From positions 13,942 through 77,941 of the forward strand of contig JAGBEI010000009.1 in NCBI GenBank assembly GCA_017937065.1: 64,000 nt of DNA. The letters are read 5' to 3'. Under the pieces are notes generated by a model, which made no database searches, had not been told where the DNA came from, and worked only from the letters and a program-made list of their open reading frames with translations. This DNA is from Clostridia bacterium (GTDB lineage Bacteria; Bacillota; Clostridia; Oscillospirales; QAKW01). Numbering within the stretch: position 1 is the stretch's first letter; each line of letters starts with the position of its first letter. Made by a program: the position numbers and the translations under genes. This document shows positions 58,554 through 64,000 of this stretch, piece by piece.

Positions 58554-59051
58554 GTGAAAGTAATAGATAAAAACGGAAAGCTGTTTGGCAAAATCAGCGT
58601 GCTTGATATTATTATCGTGGCGGTAATCGTCTTTCTTGCTGCTGTTTTTGTTGCGGGCAGGTTCGGTCAGGTTAAGCTGCCGATAGAGACAAAGGCGAGC
58701 ACCGAATATGTGGTAAAGCTAAAGGCGTATAATGTGGAGAAAACCGAAAAGTCTCCGTTTGAGGTAGGCTCCGTCATATACGGTAAGACAGGCGAGTTCA
58801 TCGGCACTGTCACCGAGGTGGAGCGCAAACCGATGGTTACAAAGGAAAAGCTGGAGGACGGAACATATTTCGATTATGAGAGCCAAACTGCATATGATTA
58901 CTTCTTGACGGTTGAGGGCACGGGCACTTCGACGGAAAAGGGTATTTTTGCACAGGGTACGTTTGCGCTGTATCCGAATAATTCGGTGACGGTTTCCAGC
59001 AAGTATTTTTACGGCGGCGTTGTTGTTTTAAGTGTTGAAAAAAAGGTTTGA
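58554..59051 (+). CDS. DUF4330-like protein
   Basis: IDKNGKLFGKISVLDII, single TM. Confidence 0.75.
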   Translation: MKVIDKNGKLFGKISVLDIIIVAVIVFLAAVFVAGRFGQVKLPIETKASTEYVVKLKAYNVEKTEKSPFEVGSVIYGKTGEFIGTVTEVERKPMVTKEKLEDGTYFDYESQTAYDYFLTVEGTGTSTEKGIFAQGTFALYPNNSVTVSSKYFYGGVVVLSVEKKV

Positions 59052-59180
59052 TTTAGGCGCGATTATGTCAAACTATCCAAAAGTTGATTTTTCCTATTGA
59101 CTTGCGCCGCTCAATCGGGTAATATTAAGTCAATTTCAATTAAATTTCGGTAATTATATTATGTTTTAGGAGGATTACCT

Positions 59181-59444
59181 ATGTACTCCAAAGAGGTAAC
59201 TGTAACAAACAGTGTGGGCCTTCATGCAAGACCCGCTACGTTTTTTATTCAAAAATCCAATGAGTTTAAAAGCTCAATCTGGGTTGAAAAGGGTGACAGA
59301 CGAATCAATGCGAAGAGCCTGCTGGGAATTTTGTCACTCGGAATCATCAAAGGTACGGAGATAAGAATTATCGCCGACGGTGTGGATGAAGAGGCCGCGG
59401 TTTCATCGCTTATCAATCTTATTGAAAACGAATTGACCGATTAA
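59181..59444 (+). CDS. ptsH: HPr phosphocarrier protein
   Basis: GLHARPA (His15), NAKSLLG (Ser46). Confidence 0.93.
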   Translation: MYSKEVTVTNSVGLHARPATFFIQKSNEFKSSIWVEKGDRRINAKSLLGILSLGIIKGTEIRIIADGVDEEAAVSSLINLIENELTD

Positions 59445-59507
59445 ATGTATCGGACGGTCCTGAAATGACCGTCCTTTTTAATTTTGAAAAAAGCGGAGGG
59501 GATTTTT

Positions 59508-60164
59508 TTGAACTATCTTTCACCGTCTGTGCTGGCAGCCGATTTCGGAAATCTTTACGCCGACTGTGCCGCAGCCGTTTCAAACGGCGCGCGATGTTTG
59601 CATATAGATGTGATGGACGGCGTGTTTGTTCCTAATATATCCATGGGGTTTCCCGTTATCGAAAGTCTGCGCCCGCGGCTTGACTGCGTGTTTGACGTTC
59701 ATCTTATGATAACGGAGCCGGAGCGGTATATAGAGCGTTTTTCAGAGTCCGGCGCCGATATAATTACCTTTCATGCCGAAAGCACGAAGGATATAGGCGC
59801 AGTTATCGGTCTTATTCACGGCTGTTCTAAAAAAGCGGGGCTTTCCGTAAAACCGGGAACAGATATAAAAAGTATCGAGAAGTATCTCCCGTACCTGGAT
59901 ATGGTGCTTGTAATGACGGTTGAGCCGGGCTTTGGCGGACAGAAATTTATGCCCGATATGCTTGATAAGGCACGCCGTCTCAGGCAGTACAAAGCCGAGA
60001 GCGGCTTGACGTTTGACATTGAGGCGGACGGCGGAATCAATATCGGTAACGTGCGTCGGGTGATTGATGCGGGCGTTAATGTTGTCGTCGCCGGTTCAAG
60101 CGTATTTTCGGGCGGGGATATTGCCGGCAATACCAAAGCCTTTATGGATATTATTGCAAAATAA
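59508..60164 (+). CDS. rpe: Ribulose-phosphate 3-epimerase
   Basis: SPSVLAADF, HIDVMDG, MTVEPGFGGQ, DGG; TTG 59508 after GGAGG. Confidence 0.95.
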   Translation: MNYLSPSVLAADFGNLYADCAAAVSNGARCLHIDVMDGVFVPNISMGFPVIESLRPRLDCVFDVHLMITEPERYIERFSESGADIITFHAESTKDIGAVIGLIHGCSKKAGLSVKPGTDIKSIEKYLPYLDMVLVMTVEPGFGGQKFMPDMLDKARRLRQYKAESGLTFDIEADGGINIGNVRRVIDAGVNVVVAGSSVFSGGDIAGNTKAFMDIIAK

Positions 60165-60179
60165 CTGGAGCTTAAAAAT

Positions 60180-60869
60180 ATGGAATTATCGGATTTTTCA
60201 CGCGTTCTTACTCACCTAAGAAAGGAAAAGGGAGTTTCACAGCTTAAGGCGGCTCAGGCGCTGGGGGTTTCCCAGTCGCTTCTGTCTCATTATGAGCGCG
60301 GAATACGTGAGTGCGGGCTGCTTTTTCTTGTACGTGCCGCCGATTATTACGGCGTCACTGTCGACTATCTTCTCGGCAGAAGCTATGAAAAAAACGGCAC
60401 CACCATCACGGTTGACGAGCTGGCGGACGAGGATGCCGCGGGCAGGGGAAATACAGGCGTGCGCAGCATGCTCCCGACTCTTAATAAGAAATTGATTTGC
60501 AATTCCGTGTCGATAATCATGGACACGCTTGCCAAGATAAACGATAAAACGCTTATCAACGAGGTGTCCGGTTATCTGGGGATAAGCGTATATAAAATGT
60601 ACCGTATGCTTTATAATGCAAATCCCGAAAACTCGCCGATGCTTTTCGGCGCGGATGAGAAAAGCTATTCATACATGTCCGATGCCGCGATGAATACGGC
60701 TCAGGCAAAAATCCAAGAACAGCTTTCGCGCATATGCGGGGACGACTGTACCCGCGGTGCAATCGACTTATCACAGGAAAATATCAAAAATATTTATCCT
60801 GTTCTTTCCACTTCTCTGTTTAATTTGCTGCAGAATGCCGAAAATAAAATCGGTGCAAGAAAAAAATAA
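60180..60869 (+). CDS. XRE-family HTH regulator
   Basis: LRKEKGVSQ...LSHYERG...DYLLG. Confidence 0.85.
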   Translation: MELSDFSRVLTHLRKEKGVSQLKAAQALGVSQSLLSHYERGIRECGLLFLVRAADYYGVTVDYLLGRSYEKNGTTITVDELADEDAAGRGNTGVRSMLPTLNKKLICNSVSIIMDTLAKINDKTLINEVSGYLGISVYKMYRMLYNANPENSPMLFGADEKSYSYMSDAAMNTAQAKIQEQLSRICGDDCTRGAIDLSQENIKNIYPVLSTSLFNLLQNAENKIGARKK

Positions 60870-60965
60870 TGATTATACAGATAAAAGCCGCAGTGTAAAG
60901 TAATAAAAGTACGTGCCTGAGAATAAGATGTATCAAACTATAACTTTTAAAGGTCGTGCTTTTGT

Positions 60966-61430
60966 ATGTATATTGTTTCGGTAAAGCTCAATAAAAGGAA
61001 AATACTCGGATTTATCGCCGCGCTGTGTATTGTGACGGCAGTTGTATGCGTTGCTCTGCCGAAACGTGCCAGCGATGTTTTGAGCAGTAATATCAGCACC
61101 TCTGCAAAGTCCGTAGAAGAGCATGTGGCGTTTTTGAACGCCCACGGTTATCAGGTTACTGAAAAGCCGGTTCAGATACAGGAAATAGTAATTCCCGAGG
61201 AATTCAGCGCGGAGTATGAAAAGTATAACGAAATGCAGAAGCTGTCCGGCTTTGACCTTTCCAAATTCAAAAGCTACCGCGTCAAGAAATATACTTATAA
61301 AGTCACAAATTACGAAGCGTCGCCGGACGAGGTGGTCGCCAATGTCATTGTTTATAACAATAAGGTTATCGGCGGGGATATTTCGTCTACTACGCTGGGC
61401 GGGTTTGTTCACGGTTTTGTAAAGGAGTAA
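60966..61430 (+). CDS. DUF4830-like protein, probably sporulation-related
   Basis: IPEEF...YNEMQ..GFDL...VIGGDIS; sigmaE-like promoter upstream. Confidence 0.75.
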   Translation: MYIVSVKLNKRKILGFIAALCIVTAVVCVALPKRASDVLSSNISTSAKSVEEHVAFLNAHGYQVTEKPVQIQEIVIPEEFSAEYEKYNEMQKLSGFDLSKFKSYRVKKYTYKVTNYEASPDEVVANVIVYNNKVIGGDISSTTLGGFVHGFVKE

Positions 61431-61469
61431 GAGGAGAAGTCTGAAAAACGACTTTTATTTTATCCGTTT

Positions 61470-62189
61470 ATGAGAATAGATAAATATATTTGTGATACTA
61501 TAAATATTACAAGGTCTCAGGCACGTCGCAGGATTTCCTGCGGGCGTGTCTTTGCAAACGGAGTCAGGGTTCGTTCATCTTCGCTTCAGGTTGATGAGAA
61601 TAGCTGCACTGTGACAATGGACGGTCAGCCGATTAAGTATACGCGATATGTTTACTTTATGATGAATAAGCCCGGGGGAGTGCTGAGCGCGTCGTCGGAC
61701 AGGCATGCAAAAACAGCGCTTGAGCTGCTCCGAGACGAGGACAGGCGTGCCGACTTGTTTATTGCCGGCAGGCTGGACAAGGATACGACGGGATTTCTGC
61801 TTATAACAAACGACGGCGATTTTGCTCACGCTCTGCTGTCTCCGCGAAAGCATATATATAAAACTTATGAGGTACTGCTAAAACACGGTGATTTTGACGG
61901 TTACCGCTCGGCATTCGAAAAGGGCGTGGAGCTTGAGGACGGGTACGTCTGCAAGCCTGCCGAATTTATTCCCTTTGGGAATAACCGCTGTCTGCTTAAA
62001 ATAAGCGAGGGAAAGTTCCATCAGATAAAGCGTATGTTCAGGGCGCTGGGAAATGAGGTTTTAAAACTGCGCCGCACGGCGATGGGTGACGTGATTTTGG
62101 ATGAAAATCTGAAACCAGGAGAGTACCGCCCCTTAAAACCGTCGGAATATGAACTTTTTTTGAACAAAATAACCAAAAATGACCCGTGA
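61470..62189 (+). CDS. rsuA: RsuA-family pseudouridine synthase
   Basis: S4 domain, GRLDKDTTG, EGKFHQIKRM. Confidence 0.88.
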   Translation: MRIDKYICDTINITRSQARRRISCGRVFANGVRVRSSSLQVDENSCTVTMDGQPIKYTRYVYFMMNKPGGVLSASSDRHAKTALELLRDEDRRADLFIAGRLDKDTTGFLLITNDGDFAHALLSPRKHIYKTYEVLLKHGDFDGYRSAFEKGVELEDGYVCKPAEFIPFGNNRCLLKISEGKFHQIKRMFRALGNEVLKLRRTAMGDVILDENLKPGEYRPLKPSEYELFLNKITKNDP

Positions 62190-62227
62190 AAAATTTACAG
62201 ATAGCTTATTTAGTGTATTTTGCACAA
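62160..62227. promoter_or_regulatory. Pair of 17-bp operator-like sites upstream of the ABC ATPase
   Basis: TTGAACAAAATAACCAA (62160) and TAGTGTATTTTGCACAA (62211). Confidence 0.55.
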
Positions 62228-62337
62228 AAAACAGGCGGTAATTTTGTAGGAAAAAACATTTGATTTTTTTAAATTATATGGTATAGTTATAAGGTACATG
62301 ATTTTACACACAAAAGTGTATGGGAGGAACAATTTAA

Positions 62338-63447
62338 ATGGCAGGTTTATCATTAAAAGGCATTTATAAGAGATATCCCGGCGGCGTTGTCGCCGTCTCG
62401 GATTTCAACCTCGAGATTGAGGATAAGGAATTTCTCGTACTTGTCGGTCCTTCTGGCTGCGGTAAGTCAACAACGCTCAGAATGATTGCGGGTCTTGAGG
62501 AAATTACGGAGGGCGAGCTTTACATCGGCGACAGAATTGTAAACGATATTGCGCCGAAGGACAGAGATATTGCGATGGTTTTCCAGAACTATGCTCTGTA
62601 TCCGCATATGACCGTGTTTGACAACATGGCATTCGGTCTTAAGCTCAGAAAAACTCCGAAGGACGAAATAAAGCGCCGCGTTGAGGAGGCTGCTAAAATT
62701 CTTGATATCAGCCATCTTCTTGACAGAAAGCCGAAGGCTCTCTCCGGCGGTCAGCGTCAGCGTGTTGCTCTCGGTCGTGCTATTGTCCGTGAGCCTAAGG
62801 TATTCCTTCTTGACGAGCCGCTTTCAAACCTTGACGCTAAGCTCCGTGCACAGATGAGAACAGAGCTTTCCAAAATCCACCATAACCTTGAGACAACCTT
62901 TATTTACGTTACTCATGACCAGACCGAGGCTATGACAATGGCTACCAGAATCGTTGTCATGAAAGACGGATTTATTCAGCAGGTTGATGTACCTCATAAA
63001 CTTTACAAGTATCCCTGCAACATGTTTGTTGCCGGATTTATCGGTTCTCCGCAGATGAACTTTGTCGACGCAACTATTGTTGAGAAGTCGGGCGACCTTT
63101 ATCTTGAGTTTAAGAATAATTCGCTTAAGCTGCCTGAGTCCAAAATCAACGACGATGTTAAAAACTACATCGGCAAGGAGATCGTTTTCGGTATCCGTCC
63201 CGAGCATGTTCATGACGAAGAGAGATATCTTGAGTCCATGCCTGAATATGCAATTGACGCCAATGTTGAGGTTACCGAGCTTATGGGTGCCGAGACATTC
63301 CTGTATCTTGATGTTGACGGTGAGAAGCTTACCGCAAAGGTTGCTCCCACGACTACTGCGAAGGCTGACGAGAAAATTAAAATTGTTCTCAGCCTTGAGC
63401 ATATTCATCTTTTTGACAAAGATACCGAAAAGACAATTATCAACTAA
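62338..63447 (+). CDS. Multiple-sugar ABC ATPase (MsmX/MalK/UgpC type)
   Basis: [29 protein letters not shown] domain; no adjacent permease. Confidence 0.95.
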   Translation: MAGLSLKGIYKRYPGGVVAVSDFNLEIEDKEFLVLVGPSGCGKSTTLRMIAGLEEITEGELYIGDRIVNDIAPKDRDIAMVFQNYALYPHMTVFDNMAFGLKLRKTPKDEIKRRVEEAAKILDISHLLDRKPKALSGGQRQRVALGRAIVREPKVFLLDEPLSNLDAKLRAQMRTELSKIHHNLETTFIYVTHDQTEAMTMATRIVVMKDGFIQQVDVPHKLYKYPCNMFVAGFIGSPQMNFVDATIVEKSGDLYLEFKNNSLKLPESKINDDVKNYIGKEIVFGIRPEHVHDEERYLESMPEYAIDANVEVTELMGAETFLYLDVDGEKLTAKVAPTTTAKADEKIKIVLSLEHIHLFDKDTEKTIIN

Positions 63448-63456
63448 ATCGGTTTT

Positions 63457-63490
63457 ACCGGACGCCTTTTTAACGGCGTCCGGTTTTTTT
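63457..63490 (+). terminator. Intrinsic terminator
   Basis: ACCGGACGCC...GGCGTCCGGTTTTTTT. Confidence 0.8.
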
Positions 63491-63550
63491 CTTTATTGAC
63501 AAATTTGAATTTGTGCACTGATAAGCTGAAACAAAGAAAATTGTCGTAAT

Positions 63551-63641
63551 TTGGTCATATTGCACGTTTTATTTTCAGCAAAAAATCAATAAACAAGTTA
63601 AAAAACGCTTTGTTTTTAGCGCCGTTGTGCAGGTTTAACAA
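63551..63641. promoter_or_regulatory. 17-bp operator-like sites upstream of the CdaR/PucR gene
   Basis: TTGGTCATATTGCACGT (63551) and TTGTGCAGGTTTAACAA (63625). Confidence 0.55.
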
Positions 63642-63723
63642 AAAATTTATAAAATAACTGTTGAAATCGCGGACGATTTGTTATAAAATATTGTACAGTA
63701 AGTTAATATAGGGGGATAACCAA

Positions 63724-64000
63724 ATGTCCAACAGATTTTTTCAGGGTGTAGTATACCAGCTCAGGGAGAGTATCGACAGAACGGTGGGTGTTCTTGACGA
63801 CAGCGGAACCGTCATTGCGTGCAGCGATCTTATTAAAATCGGTGAAAAGCACGACGGTGTATTGTCGTCTGTAAACTCGACTCTTGATACTGTCAAGGAG
63901 GACGGATATACATACAAACCGCTTTCACCCGCGCCCGGCTTTGAGTATATTGCGTTTATTGAGGGCTCGGACGAGCTTTCGGACAAGTTTATTTCTCTTG
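63724..64000 (+). CDS. CdaR/PucR-family regulator, 3'-truncated
   Basis: MSNRFFQGVVYQLRESIDRTVGVLDDSGTVIACSDLIKIGE resembles the sugar-diacid recognition N-terminus; GGGGG RBS. Confidence 0.75.
   Translation, partial: MSNRFFQGVVYQLRESIDRTVGVLDDSGTVIACSDLIKIGEKHDGVLSSVNSTLDTVKEDGYTYKPLSPAPGFEYIAFIEGSDELSDKFISL

Noticed and set aside
59064-59080. Possible extra 17-bp operator upstream of ptsH (TATGTCAAACTATCCAA)
   Set aside because: Too degenerate to call without a position weight matrix.

Overview
Chromosomal window from a spore-forming clostridial Firmicute (Oscillospiraceae/Ruminococcaceae-like, inferred from spoIVA, spoIIGA-sigE and SLH proteins). Bases 1-6190 are the distal end of a prophage integrated at the 3' end of tmRNA: tail genes, holins, an M23-SLH endolysin and AT-rich accessory genes. 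One accessory gene sits in a cassette bounded by 17-bp inverted repeats and is preceded by a ~170-nt structured RNA leader with alternative terminator and antiterminator folds. Housekeeping genes follow (ssrA, smpB, gap, spoIVA, comEC, holA, pncB). Bases 20001-47164 form a large glycan-utilisation region. It contains an ATPase-less 8-gene ABC-type cluster (giant binding protein, 4 permeases, NHL/TPR, YIP1-like and DUF5696-like proteins), AraC, FucU, a 3121-aa SLH-anchored protein with three SGNH domains (one apparently inactive), GH95, GH36 and a HAD phosphatase. The rest holds a six-tRNA cluster, sigE/spoIIGA, a murJ/O-antigen-ligase/DUF4330 cell-wall cluster, HPr, rpe, an orphan sugar ABC ATPase and a truncated CdaR/PucR regulator. 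A shared 17-bp motif links the ABC cluster, the ATPase and that regulator. All family assignments come from motif recognition by eye; no database searches were run.
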